A DNA stretch of 59,554 nt, counting the filler, from Dugesia japonica (Eukaryota): assembly GCA_001938525.1 (NCBI GenBank). It is 6 parts of 6 records of this genome, joined end to end, with 100 filler letters (N's around TTAATTAATTAA, not from the genome) between each part and the next. Parts side by side here need not be neighbours in the genome. Positions count along the whole stretch, not along the records: positions 1 to 9,190 come from MQRL01594086.1; positions 9,291 to 18,226 come from MQRL01638214.1; 4 more parts are not named here. One strand, written 5' to 3'. Position numbers and translations under genes: made by a program. Of this stretch, positions 1 through 12,606 are shown one piece after another. The notes beneath the pieces were generated by a model. It was not told the origin of the DNA, did not search any database, and was given only the letters and a program-made list of their open reading frames with translations. Every line of letters begins with the position of its first letter. Within the stretch, counting starts at the first letter, position 1.

Positions 1-156
1 CATGAAATATTGTATAAAATGAAATCATAGAAAATTTGATCCTCTAATTTCAAAATTGTAAAATACAAAAAAAACCAGCAATATTTTTCGTCGAAAAGAA
101 CATTGGGAACTTTACTATTGTATCACTTGATAAACGGTTAATCATTATCGATCAAG

Positions 157-1656
157 CTATTCGCTCAAAATAATCGGCTTGGCAAAAAATTTAACAAAAA
201 CAGAATCATTTTTAATGTATCCTGGATAAGAATTCAAAACTTTCCGTTTAATGAATTCCGGGAACCCGTAACCATCACTGAAATCATTTTCTGGTTTTTG
301 ATAAATCGCCATTTGAGTTTCATCTGACGGATCGTAAAACAAATGCAATTCTTTATTGTTGTTTCCAATTTGATCAAGAATACTTATGGAAATATCATAT
401 TTAAAAGGCCATTCAAGTATCTCATCAAACCGACTCTGCATTAGTTGAAATGTTATAGAAATAAAACCAGAATGATGACTAAAAGGAACTAAACACATTC
501 GTAATTTATATCCATTTCGTGAAGTAAAAAATGGTTTACTATACACATTACGTTTATCATTATAATCTTTAGCATCTTGTGTTAATCGCGAGAAATAATC
601 TATTTTCCAAATATATTCCGTGAAAACTTTTTCATATTTTAAATTATTTTGTTCTAATTGTCTTTGAATTGAAGAGATTTCAGACTCGTTCTTTTCCACT
701 GCGGAACGGATATCATTCAAATCTGGATTACAGCCGGATTCATTTGAACGGTTGTCTCTTATATCTGTAACCATTCTTTTGAGCGCATCTAATTCCATTT
801 TAGTATTATTGAAATCAGTTCTCAATAAATCATTCTCTCTTTTCACATTTTCCAATTCATTTTCCACCAAATCTAATCTGTCTTTGTAATCTTTATTTTC
901 TTTATCTTTAAATATCGAATTAATCTCATTCGTTTTCACTTCATTCGCTAAATTCGTGATCATTTCTAGTAATAATTTCGTATGCTCAAATCCGTTTTTA
1001 CATAAATGATCACTCATTTCTATTTGACGAATTGATGAAGCATTACAACCCATCTGGGAAAAAGGACATTCCGACGGTTTACTTATACACACTCTAATAT
1101 GATTTTTCAATAATATTATATCTTCTATTCCACATTCATAAGGACACTTGGATTTATATTGATCACACAATTCTTCACTATCTATATTGTAATGTAACGA
1201 TTGTATTTCACTAGCCTTAAATTCTTTTTCACAAAATTTACAAATACTAGATTCTTCAATTACATCAACATTATCCTCATTAATTAATGGATACTGACAT
1301 ATTTTTATATGATCATTAAGATTTTTTAAACAATCTTTGAAATCGCACATATTATTCGTACATTTAACCACCATTTCACTTATTTTACGATTGGCAAAAT
1401 TATCAAATGTTAAATTTTTTTCAGACAACAATTGAAGAGGACAATCTTCACCATCTCCTGGACAATTATCTTTCCCAGAATTTAAGTAATTCAATAAACA
1501 TTGTTCGCAAAATCTACAACCGCATGTAGACTGCTTGGCATTAATTAATATATTTTTGCAAATTGTACATTTTAATGTTTCGGAAACTGAATTTTCAAAA
1601 TCAAGTGGTGTGTCTTTTAAAATTGCCCAGATACTTTCAAATTTCGCGCTTTGCAT
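157..1656 (-). CDS. TNF receptor-associated factor (TRAF)-family protein: RING, TRAF zinc fingers, coiled coil, MATH/TRAF-C domain; intronless
   Basis: Intact 499-aa ORF. RING CTIC...CGCRFCEQC...CP; Zn fingers CTNNMCDF..H...C and CPFSQMGC..H; heptad coiled coil; MATH motifs YIWKID, YSKPFFTSRNGYKLRMC, FDEILEWPF, GYGFPEFI, YIKNDSVFVK. Confidence 0.95.
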   Translation of the reverse strand: MQSAKFESIWAILKDTPLDFENSVSETLKCTICKNILINAKQSTCGCRFCEQCLLNYLNSGKDNCPGDGEDCPLQLLSEKNLTFDNFANRKISEMVVKCTNNMCDFKDCLKNLNDHIKICQYPLINEDNVDVIEESSICKFCEKEFKASEIQSLHYNIDSEELCDQYKSKCPYECGIEDIILLKNHIRVCISKPSECPFSQMGCNASSIRQIEMSDHLCKNGFEHTKLLLEMITNLANEVKTNEINSIFKDKENKDYKDRLDLVENELENVKRENDLLRTDFNNTKMELDALKRMVTDIRDNRSNESGCNPDLNDIRSAVEKNESEISSIQRQLEQNNLKYEKVFTEYIWKIDYFSRLTQDAKDYNDKRNVYSKPFFTSRNGYKLRMCLVPFSHHSGFISITFQLMQSRFDEILEWPFKYDISISILDQIGNNNKELHLFYDPSDETQMAIYQKPENDFSDGYGFPEFIKRKVLNSYPGYIKNDSVFVKFFAKPIILSE

Positions 1657-2243
1657 ATTCTACAAATAATAATATTTTATTACAATACTAACACATTTAA
1701 TTTCAAAATAATAAACTGTAATTAATTATCTCAAATAAGTTACATGATTTAAAAATGAATTTCTTTAACAAAATAATTTCCATAAACTAAAATTTATTAA
1801 CACAGAAACGTCAAAAAACGGCATTAGTTAAAATGTTGCCATATAAATTAAGATTACAAACAAATTATTTCTAGTGAAATTGATTTGAAAGTGAAAACTA
1901 TTAAATTTTAGGAAGAGACCTTAAGTTTTCTGGAAATATACAAATTCGATTTAGTTTTTTCATTAATTAAAGTTTTTTTAATCTCGTATATTAATAAATA
2001 ATGAATTATAGATTTCTTCACAAATAATTTAATTTATTATTAATTCAGAAAAAAGTGAAAGAACTAAATGAACAATTTAATTATTTATAACAACTTGTAT
2101 GGATTTAATAACAGTATAGTGCCTAGGTAAAAGAACATTATGAAGTTCAAATATGATTGGCGTATTCTTTATTGCCATTCTTTATTATGTAATTTGTAAT
2201 GTCTACTAAATGAGTTCCACAGAAACTTCATATAGATTTAGAC

Positions 2244-2557
2244 CAGAGGTTCCAAACTTATGGCCCGCGGGCTAAAAGTATCTCACCAGGCATAAATTAG
2301 TGGCCCTCAACCTCTCAAAGAACTAAAAACATGAAACATTCCACCTTCTATGGAAATAGTTTGCCTTAAACTTAGTATTAANAATATAGTATAGTCACGT
2401 AAACGAAAAAAACATACAAAATTAATACATTTCATTAAAAAATACATTACATTATTAAAAACCTTCTTTTAAAACCAATTATTTTTAACCTTGTGGCCTC
2501 TCAAGTTATCCAATTAAATGATAGTGACCATAAGCCAAAAAATGTTGGTAACCACTG
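2244..2557. mobile_element. Non-autonomous hAT (Charlie-like) MITE
   Basis: Termini CAGAGGTTCCAAACTT ... AATGTTGGTAACCACTG form an imperfect TIR, flanked by a perfect 8-bp TSD ATTTAGAC (2236-2243 and 2558-2565). Confidence 0.85.
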
Positions 2558-3569
2558 ATTTAGACTGTCAGCTATAAAATGTTTTTCGTTGCAGCTCATT
2601 ATTAACATTGTTTAACTTATTCCGATTCCTCATTTTCTTTGTTTAACATAGACCTGTATTGCATTTTCTTTGTTTACTTGCATATGTGTTACTTTTATAA
2701 TGAGCCTTGACTTATATTTTGTATTTATAGAAACATATATAAATTTTAATAAAGTTTCTATATTTGTTTTGAAAATTTGCACATGGCTTAATAACTTTAA
2801 AAATTAAATAATAAATTTTATTCAATAACTAATTATTGATTGCAATAATTAATCTGATATTTAAAATGGATACAATAATCTGTAACAATAATTTATTATA
2901 ATGCGATGTATTTAATTAATTAACACACAAACACACACAATTTAGTATATAAAGTGATAAATTTTCAAATCTATCGCAATTTTATTAACTATTGTGCAAA
3001 ATGTCCCAATTAAAGTAAATATTATTTACTATTTCTCATAATTTAAATTGTTAGAAAATAGTGATTATTTAAACGGTCAATATTGTTTAAACGATTTGGT
3101 GGATTACTTGGCAAAACCCTTATTATTTACATTAAATTTTCTCAAAATTGTCAGAGTCATCTTATTTTTCCACATAATTGTTAGGGTGTTTCTGTGATAT
3201 TCTAATGAATTTTTGGTATTATACCATCCTTCCTTGATTTTCTCACGTTTTGTGAGAAAATATTATAATTTTATCCCATCTTAATTTTAGTTTTCATGGA
3301 ATAATATTTGCTATATATGTATTCTTTGTGTGTTTTTCTCATAATTCTTTTGGTTATAAATTAGTTTTAAATATTATTAAAGCTTCAATATCAGTTGCGT
3401 TTTGTCCCAACACTATTTTAAATTTAAGCAATATTACTTTATTTCAGGAGAAAATTAATTTATTAAAATTTGGACCGAATTTCAATTTTAGAAAACGAAT
3501 TTATAAATTTAAATTCCAATCAAAAATCGAGTCATTTTTTAAAACAATTTTTGAGCTTCTAGGTGATTG

Positions 3570-4148
3570 ATATTAATCTCTTCTCTTTTACTTCCATTTC
3601 TTTCTTGAATATCTTTGCTAGAAGTAGATACCCAGAAGCCGGCAGAAATTTGACAATGCCTCGTGCATTGCTCAATCTACCCCGTGGTTCATGCGAGACT
3701 ATGCAGTATCCAGTCTTGTGGGTCCAATTTCAATTTAGTTGGATACAGTTCCGGTTAAATTTCATCAATGTATCAAGAGTATTGATGGGTTATTTACTTC
3801 GACTGCATTTACCCGTATCATTCGTCGTACCATCTATTTACGAGTTATAATATTCTCTCATTGTTAAGTTATTATTATATTCATTTATAAATGAACTTTT
3901 AAATAATAGTTTAAAATATTACTCTTAATCAACAAACCATCGATCATTCATAATCTTTGATGGAGCTGGATCTTCTCCATAATATTTTTCCTTTACCAAT
4001 AGTGGAGGTCTTATTGCCATTTAGATCCACTCTGTTTTTCTTAATATGAATCCGGTATTTCGTTCCACTTCAACTACAATTAATGATAGTTTGCGGGAGT
4101 CCAACTCCCTCCTTATGATGAATGGTCCTCCTGTTGCCGGCATATCTA
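3570..4148. repeat. Dispersed repeat of unknown class, related to 40880-41340
   Basis: Shared motifs in the same order, e.g. cgtgcattgctcaatctaccccgtggttcatg vs cgggcattgttcatctatcccggttcatg, then gagttataa, then tggagct...tccataat. GC-richer than the flanks. Confidence 0.5.
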
Positions 4149-4779
4149 NNNNNNNNNNNNNNNNNNNNNNNNNNNNNTAATATTATTTAATAATTCTAAA
4201 ATTAAGTTTATCAAATCATTCATTATGCATATTAAATATCCAATTATCATATTAACAATAAATAACATTAATAATAATCATTTAATAATCAAACAATATA
4301 AGATTATAAGAGTAAAATTAAATCAAAGTACTTAATCAACGTCATATTTNNNNNNNNNNNNNNNNNNNNNNNNNNNNNNNNNNNNNNNNNNNNNNNNNNN
4401 NNNNNNNNNNNNNNNNNNNNNNNNNNNNNNNNNNNNNNNNNNNNNNNNNNNNNNNNNNNNNNNNNNNNNNNNNNNNNNNNNNNNNNNNNNNNNNNNNNNN
4501 NNNNNNNNNNNNNNNCATACTCATGTTACAACATCTCTCGTATCAATAACAATTAATCTTTCTTAACTATCAAAACCATCTCGTAACATTTTATCCATTC
4601 GTCTATCAAAAACATCTCGTAACATATAATCGATTCATTTTTTTAATCGTATCTCATTATTTTCCTCGTTTATAATTTCTTCATTCATCTTATCTCATTA
4701 TCAGTTTATTTCATCACATCTTATAGCATATTTCATGTTTATCAAATTTTTAGAGTGAATAATTTCGAGGTATCTGATG

Positions 4780-7403
4780 TACAACGATCATTACAGTCGG
4801 CTGGGCCAACTTCTGATGAGCATTGCCTCAGTATCCTCGAAATGATGATACAACAATTTATAATATTGTAGTAATTAATAAATAATTACTTGTCTCCGTA
4901 AATTTAATAAAAATGCTACTTGGGATTTTTAATTTTAAATCAACAAGAGCTGAAAATTAACATTTTTAAGAGTAATTTTTATGAAAAATGATTTTTCTTT
5001 TATACTCCATTGTATCGTCAAATTTTGACAGATACAGTTGGCGTCCACTTCAGATTTCTGTTAATGCAAGAAATCGTACGTTGCTCACCTGTGATTATTT
5101 TTATTTTTTGTTAATTCTGTAGTGGATTATGTGCTCATAAATGTTCTATGTTTTTTACTCAAGTAAAGACGCTTAAAAAAATAATATTTTCTCAACAAGT
5201 AATAATATTTCTGAAACTTGTAAGAGTTTTAGAAATAGAGATAACTACACAATCACATAAAAATATGAAAATATAAATACTGAATTCTTACATAAAATCA
5301 TCAGACATTCTTCTACATATAATTTTCGTGTTATAATTCCTCCAGGTTCATTAGAAATAATAATATTTATTGAATAATAATAATTTTAATTAAATTTATC
5401 GATAATAATAATAATTTCACATATTTTTTATAAAATTATAATAATAATACAATTCTTGTACTTAAACCTGACTAATAATCTATTATTTTATTATTTATAA
5501 TGATTATGATGATTAATTCTGCTTTTTTCCCTATGATTTGTTTTGAAAGTATCAAAATATTTTAATACAATTATTTGTTTTATTCTTTCAATTTCTCTCA
5601 TAAATATACTTTTTTTTAATATATGAATACTTTCAACAGATTTTTATAAATTATAAATATGATATATATTCCTTGTTTTATTTACATTCTCCTTTTCGAT
5701 CACTTAAACAATTTGATTTATTTTCTGAGTATATTTTACTTTAACCATCTAATTACTGATTATCTTCAATTATTATATCTTTTAATATTTAATCAATTCT
5801 TCGTTTTCTCGACAACTTATTACATCTTTGTTTTCTTTTTTACCGTTTTACCCTAGATCTTGTTTAATATTTTCTTGTGCTTTTTAATTTCAATTATAAT
5901 TATTTAATAATCATTTGCTTACCATTTTGTTGATTAATATTTCTTTTATTTCAGACGATTTTCTTATTAATTTTAATTATTACTCTTTCATTTGTTTCAT
6001 TTTTTGCCTTTCTTACTTTAATGAAGGCTGTTTCAGCCCAACACTATTATTTGAAGAAATTTTCTGGGAATTTAAAACTTACTTTATTAAAATATTCTAA
6101 TGAAAATTTAAACTAAAATGTAAAACAGAGTAATTATGATTTTAAATTATTGTTGGGCTGAAACAGCTTCGAGTAACATATGAAAAGCAGAGAAAAAACA
6201 AATAAAGGGTTAATAATAAAATGAATAAGAAAATAAATCAAAGTATTTATGTAATCGAAAAGGAGAATATAAAATAAAATAAGGAATACATATCATTATT
6301 TATAATTTATATAAATGCGTTGAAAGTATTCATGTATTAAAATAAAGTTATATTGATGAGAGAAAAGGAAAGATTAAAACAAATAATTATATTAAAATAT
6401 TTTTATATTTTAAAAAGAAATTATAGGAAAAAACAGAGAAATAAATCATCACCATTATAAATAATAAAATATTAGATTATTAGCCAGGTTTAAGTGAAAG
6501 AATTGTATTATTATTATAATTTTATAGAAAATATGAAAATGTAAAATTATTATTATTATCGATAAATTTAATTAAAATTATTATTATTAAATAAATATTA
6601 TTATTTCTAATGAACAAGGATGAACTATAACAGGATAGTTATATATAGAAGAATGTCTGATGATTTTATATAAGAATTCAGAATTGAAAATTTCAAATTT
6701 TCATGTGATTGTGTGGTTATCATTATTTAAAANTTTTTACAAGTTTTAGAAAATTATTATTTTTTAAGAAAAATATTATTATTTATAATGAAAGAGAAGG
6801 AATTATAAAATAAAAGTTATATGTAGAAGAAGGTCAGATGATTTTACGTAAGAATTTAGGATTGTCATGTTCATATTTGCATGTGATTGTGTAGTTATCT
6901 CTATATCTAAAACTCTTACAAGTTTCAGAAATTTATTATTTGTTGAGAAAATATTATTTTTTTAAGCGTCTTCACTTGAGGAAAAAACAGAACATTTGTG
7001 AGCACATATTTCACTACAGAATTAACAAAAAAATAAAAACAATTACATCCATATTTGGAAATCTCTGTAGAAACTACGGGTGAGCAATGTACAATTTTTT
7101 GCATTAACAGAAATCTGAAGCAAACAGTATTTGTCAAAATTTGACGATACAGTGAGGTATAAAAGAAAATCGAAATCAATAAAAAATCAGTTTATAAATT
7201 CAATTATTTTCTGGAGCTCTTATTAGTCGATTAAGCCGAACTTTTAAGCAGCATTTATTATCAGCCAAAAGGAAAAGAAAATAAGTAATTATTTTACTGT
7301 TTATTTAAATATTAGAATAATATGCAATAAATGAGGAAAAGCGTACCAAGGTTAGGATCGATACCAGTCGACCCTGCTGGCGATGATGAGGTTGTGCTAT
7401 GAC
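4780..7403. repeat. Large imperfect inverted repeat: two back-to-back LTR-like units (about 4780-6043 and 6151-7403)
   Basis: gctgtttcagcccaaca (to 6043) mirrors tgttgggctgaaacagc (from 6151). tgtatcgtcaaattttgaca (~5011) mirrors tgtcaaaatttgacgataca (~7132). Collinear similarity between these points; outer ~200 bp only weakly alignable. Confidence 0.85.
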
Positions 7404-7669
7404 AATTTAGTATTTGTTTTAATATAAATTGCATTTTTCTTAATTATGTTCGAATTTTGTTTTACTATTGTTAGGTAAATCTTCGATTATTAATTCATTT
7501 TGCAAATCCCTACTAATATTTTGAGACAACGTTTATTTTATTACTACAAACTATAATTCATAAAATAACTAATATTGAATACAAGCATTTCAATATTAGT
7601 ATTTATATAACTCAATTTCTATTGGGTGAAATTATTAATTAATAATTATTTCCTCATTTTGCACTTCTT

Positions 7670-9190
7670 ATCTTATTTTAGTTTATTCCTTAGTTTTTCC
7701 ACATTTCTTTCTAATCGCTGTCCATTTTCTCCTTGTACGCATACCGCCTTTCATGAATTTTCTCAATTATTCGATAAGGTTCTTCAAATCTGTCTTGATG
7801 TTTATTTTTAGTTTCTACTTTTATGAGTACTAAATCGCCCACTTTGAATTCTCTTTTAGTATTNNNNNNNNNNNNNNNNNNNNNNNNNNNNNNNNNNNNN
7901 NNNNNNNNNNNNNNNNNNNCTCTGCTAATTTTCTTTCCAGAAACGATCTCAGCCGGACTCTTTCTAGTCGTCTTCTGTTTTGTTGCGTATATTGTAAATT
8001 CTATTTCCGATAAAAGATCTGCTTAATCTGATGTCTTTCTTATCTGAAGTGTTGCATTAATTAAATCTCGAATTGTTCTGAACTGTCTCTNNNNNNNNNN
8101 NNNNNNNNNNNNNNNNNNNNNNNNNNNNNNNNNNNNNNNNNNNNNNNNNNNNNNNNNNNNNTCTATCATAACTTGGGATTCAAAAGCTTTTCCACAATCT
8201 AATCTTATCTCTCTTGGACATCCAAATCTCAGTATTGACTTTTCAAAAATAGTTTTTTGTATTGTTTCCTCGTCTTGTTTAGGTAATGGTATAAAAACCA
8301 GATATTTAATGTACTGCTCGATTATTCCAAGAATGTATTTTTTCGTCCACTTGTTTCCCGCATTGGCCCACATATATCTGTGAATATCACTTCAAATAAA
8401 TTGGTAGCTTCTAAACTCTTTGTCTTCTCTTAAATTGCTGTAGTCACTACTTTGGTCTTCTGACAAATTTCACAACTACGAACTATCTTCTGTATTTGGC
8501 TACACAAATTCTTTGCNNNNNNNNNNNNNNNNNNNNNNNNNNNNNNNNNNNNNNNNNNNNNNNNNNNNNNNNNNNNNNNNNNNNNNNNNNNNNNNNNNNN
8601 NNNNNNNNNNNNNNNNNNNNNNNNNNNNNNNNNNNNNNNNNNNNNNNNNNNNNNNNNNNNNNNNNNNNNNNNNNNNNNNNNNNNNNNNNNNNNNNNNNNN
8701 NNNNNNNATCTTCCCTTTCTTGGCATCTTCATGCGACATTTGACACTGTACACATACCTCACATCTTGGTCTAGATAACATTTATGCATTAGCATGTTGA
8801 ATTCCTTTTCTTTATTCCAAAGCGATGTCTAAACTGCTCAGATAATTAATCCATGTCTGGAATTGTGACGTAATTGTTTTCTTGTCGTCATCATAAAGTT
8901 TAGAGCTATGTAATCTGTTCTAAGAGAAAATCTTCTACCGTACAAGTAATGTTTGAAATGCATACAGCCAATAACTCTTTTCGTGTAATGCAGTATCCCT
9001 TTTCATGACTTGTCATTGAGTGTGATCAATAAGCAATAACGTTTTCTCTTCCTTCTTTATCTCTCTGTGACAATACTGTTCCAATTTTATCAAATCTGGC
9101 ATCCGTGTCTAATATAAATGCTTTGTTTATGTTCGGGAAACACAATATTGGTGCAGTCATTAGAGATGTTTTCAAACCCTCAAAAGTATC
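7670..9190 (-). mobile_element. Degenerate Ty3/gypsy pol (RT connection, RNase H, integrase)
   Basis: Minus-strand FILDTDAR, VIAY, YLYGRRFSLRTD, integrase Zn finger (CEICQK), KKYILGIIE, FGCPREIRLDCGKAFES, RQFRTIRDLI; many stops and gaps. Confidence 0.9.
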
Positions 9191-9290
9191 NNNNNNNNNN
9201 NNNNNNNNNNNNNNNNNNNNNNNNNNNNNNNNNNTTAATTAATTAANNNNNNNNNNNNNNNNNNNNNNNNNNNNNNNNNNNNNNNNNNNN
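9191..9290. other. Artificial assembly spacer (N44-TTAATTAATTAA-N44); repeated at 18227, 26455, 37098 and 48538
   Basis: Identical 100-bp structure five times; the 12-mer carries stop codons in all six frames. Confidence 0.95.
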
Positions 9291-10703
9291 TTTTCTTGAT
9301 TATTTACAATATAAACCCCAAGAGAAATTGGTTTTTGTTTATTATCGTTGGTGTCGGTCCATGCCTCAAAATCACCATAAACTGCAAATGGAAGTTTTAT
9401 CATAAAATTAAAATCTGTAAATTCATGAAATTCTTTTTTTTCAAATTTAATTTTTCTTGGTTTGTGATGAACACACTCTTCTTGATGATTATCAACTCTT
9501 TCTTGAGAGGAATATGCATTCATACAATTTATACATAAATAATTATCAATTCCTCGCCGAGAAATAAATGTGTTTAAGTTTTTACATAGGACAGTGATTT
9601 TTTTAAAGTAACAAATTAAATTTATTCATATTTTGTTCTGGTTTACAAACAGTGTGAGAAATATGAGTTGATTCAGGAATTGCATTTGCTTTTTCAATCT
9701 CAAAAACATTTATTTGCCAATTATTATTTTTTTCAAATCTTTTTATATCATCATTTGTTAGTGGAAAATTTACACCTGTTAAAGCAAATTCATTTAAATG
9801 TTTTTTATGAAGACTTACTCGTGTTGGATGTCCATATCTATATCTGTGTGCTAAAATTGAATAAAGAAAACATTTATTATCATCGTTTTCAATATTAATA
9901 ATTTCTTTTTGTTCCACCTGCGCATGATTTATAAATACCAAGTTTTATTTTATAATAAACCGCATAATCTAAAGTCCAATTACTTTCATTTCTTTCACCA
10001 TTAATTTGTGTTACTAAATCTGTTATTATTTCTTGAACTCTCTCTCTCTCTAATATCATTTCTTATTGTTATTCTTCTAATGAGGGAATGAGATTTAAAT
10101 CTTCTTTCTATTCTATTATTATTATGATTATCATCATCATCATTGGATCTATTATTAATTACTGTTTTTGAATAATTTGCCTCTACACCAATATTAACAT
10201 AAATTCTTTTTCCAAATTTAAAAAATCTTGTAATAATTTTTTCAATCTCATATTGATAATAAAATTCTTTACTTTTAAAAACTTCAATATCTCTTAATAA
10301 ACAAATTTCAGATTCATCAAAATATGTAATAACAAAATATTCATATTCAGGTCCTATAAATAATTCATCTATTTTTAATTCCTCTGGTCTTTCTCCAGGA
10401 AGTTTTTCAAATAAATCAACTACAAGATCCTCTTCGTTTTCATTGTGCGTTCTTGATGCATAATGATTTTTCGCTTTTTCTTGATTAGGAATTTTTTTTT
10501 ACAAATGTAACAATAAACATTTTAACACAAACATTTGAATTAAAATGAACAGTTAGTAGTTGTTGTGTTAAAAATCTATCCTTGCATCTTTCACACTTAA
10601 ATCTATAACCTCTTTTACCACAATTTTTTCTATGGGTTGCAAGACCCGATTGTCTTTGAAATAATTTATTACAAATGTTACATATGAGTGTTAATGCTTC
10701 CAT
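9291..10703 (-). pseudogene. 5' part of a Polinton/Maverick-type B-family DNA polymerase with N-terminal C2H2 zinc fingers (frameshifted)
   Basis: Consecutive minus-strand blocks: C2H2 fingers (CNICNKLF..LATH; CERCKDRF..LTVH), INIENDDNKCFLYSILAH..HPTRVS..GVNFPLTNDDIKRFEKNNNWQINVF, then Exo I-like LPFAVYGDFE. Truncated by the spacer. Family call is from motif recognition. Confidence 0.7.
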
Positions 10704-10824
10704 TTATAAATATAAATTTTAATCATATTTATAAAAATTTTTGAAGCCTTTTTTTAGCCTAAAAAATTTTAGATTGTGAGGGTATCCTCTTTAAGAGGTG
10801 AAAATCTTTTTACGAGGAATTTTT

Positions 10825-11220
10825 TTTATGCATTTGAAAATTTTACATTTTTCATTTTTTGTAAAAAATACCACATTTGAAAATTTTGCATTTTCCCATG
10901 TCGAATTTTATATTCTCGATTTTTCATAGAAAATGGCGCATTCGAAAATTTTTCATTTTTCATAATATTTTAAAAATCGGAAAATCGGAAATTTTTATAG
11001 TTTGTAAAAAATCGAAAAATCGGAAAAAAATAACACATTCGAAATTTTTCTTTTTTCATAGAAAATAGTGCATTTGAAATTTTTCATAGAAAATGTAACA
11101 TTCGAAAATTTTCCCGAATTTTCGGAAATTTTTCATTTTTCGTAAAAAATTGGAAATCGAAAATTTTACATTTTTTCATTTTTCGTAAAAAATCGAACAT
11201 TGAAAATTTTACATTTTAAA
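10825..11220. repeat. Degenerate tandem repeat array (cattYgaaaattttWcattttt-like units)
   Basis: Units such as gaaaattttacatttt, catagaaaat and aaaatcgRaaa recur many times directly upstream of the PolB-like gene. Confidence 0.75.
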
Positions 11221-11869
11221 GGCAGTAAAAATCCAAGGCATCATGAAGTCTATATCTATATACTCTCGTGTTTTGTCTTCTTCCGGAATTTGAGTTGAAT
11301 TAAACTAGTGGTTACACAATAACCAAAAAGAAACAATATTTTCGTCGAAGCTCTTTAATTTATTGAAACTTAAAATCCGATCAACTATTTAGTTTTACAA
11401 TTATTCTTGAAATTGTAAAATTCTATTGGTTGTCTAATTTCGTGCGTTCTACCGAATTCGAGCAAATCCGGTACATGCATGGTTCCCAGTTGAATAATAC
11501 CAGTGTTGGTAGAAAGATGTGATCTGCATTTCACACTGAGAATCACTCCATGAGTTAAATTCGAGGTGGAAAGAATCAATACTTTCTCAAATTAAAATTT
11601 GTCACGAATTTATTTGATGTGCCTATTGTAGTGATTCTTAAATTTTTCTTATCCTTTCAATAATCTTTATCTTAGTAATAGATCTCTAGCTAGTAAACCT
11701 TTCTTGGTAATGGGTAAAAATCCACTAAAATTGGTTTTAGTTTTTATATTAAAATCCCTAAGTGAGTGACTAGGAGGGGATAATAAATAACCTAATTACC
11801 CGCGATAATAGGTTGAAGACTCTTGAGTTAGTGTGTATTCCAGGTTTTCTAATTTGATCATACCAGGAG

Positions 11870-12160
11870 AGATTCTACAAAGACATTGTTGGATTTGGAA
11901 GAGTAGGTTACGTAAGAAGGTTATTTGAAGAAATTAGATGTATAATATTCGGAAATGGTGGGCATAGAGCAGAAATGTGCTACAACAACTGATAATGAAA
12001 ATAACAATTGAGAAATGTATGACTGTTGTAGGGTAATGAAACCAACATAATCGAATACATACAGTTGAAGATGAAGACGTAAAAATATACAATGGATATG
12101 AGGAAACAGGTGAAAAAAATTCAATGTGAAAACCACGCATCAATACTTTATCAAATTAAA
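11870..12160 (+). pseudogene. Degenerate gag zinc-knuckle remnant
   Basis: Reads ..RVGYVRRLFEEIRCIIFGNGGHRAEMCY.., resembling decayed tandem CCHC knuckles followed by an acidic tail. Confidence 0.35.
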
Positions 12161-12606
12161 ACTTATGAATCGAGGAGTAATTGGGTTTTCTGCGCCTTTG
12201 ATAATTTTTCAATCTTTCATAGAAAATAATTGAATTTCTCTTATTTATGACAATAATTGCATAGTCTGATAGTCACATATTGATGTTAAAAATCCAAAAG
12301 ACAGGAAGAATACTAAATAAATAGAAGGATATTGTTGCGTTAATACAAACATTAATGTCAATTCTGAACATCGGTTTTGGTAATTATCTTGAAAGAATTG
12401 TGTGCGAGGCTCCAAGAATTGGGTTGCATAATTCGATTCTTATTACTCAGATTGACACACATTCACTTTAATATTTATGTTAATCTTATTTTATTTTATT
12501 GATTATAGTTAGTAAATAGTGATTATTTTAATAATAATTTTTGTTTGAATAATACAAAATATATATTCTTAAAAAAATCCATAATATTAATGTCAAGTTT
12601 TTTTAC

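Noticed and set aside
4812-4855. CTGATGA...GAAA hammerhead-like core
   Set aside because: Stem II pairs poorly in the required register and no stem I complement is visible.
10825-11220. CRISPR-like array
   Set aside because: Eukaryotic context; the repeats are degenerate with no unique constant-length spacers and no cas genes.
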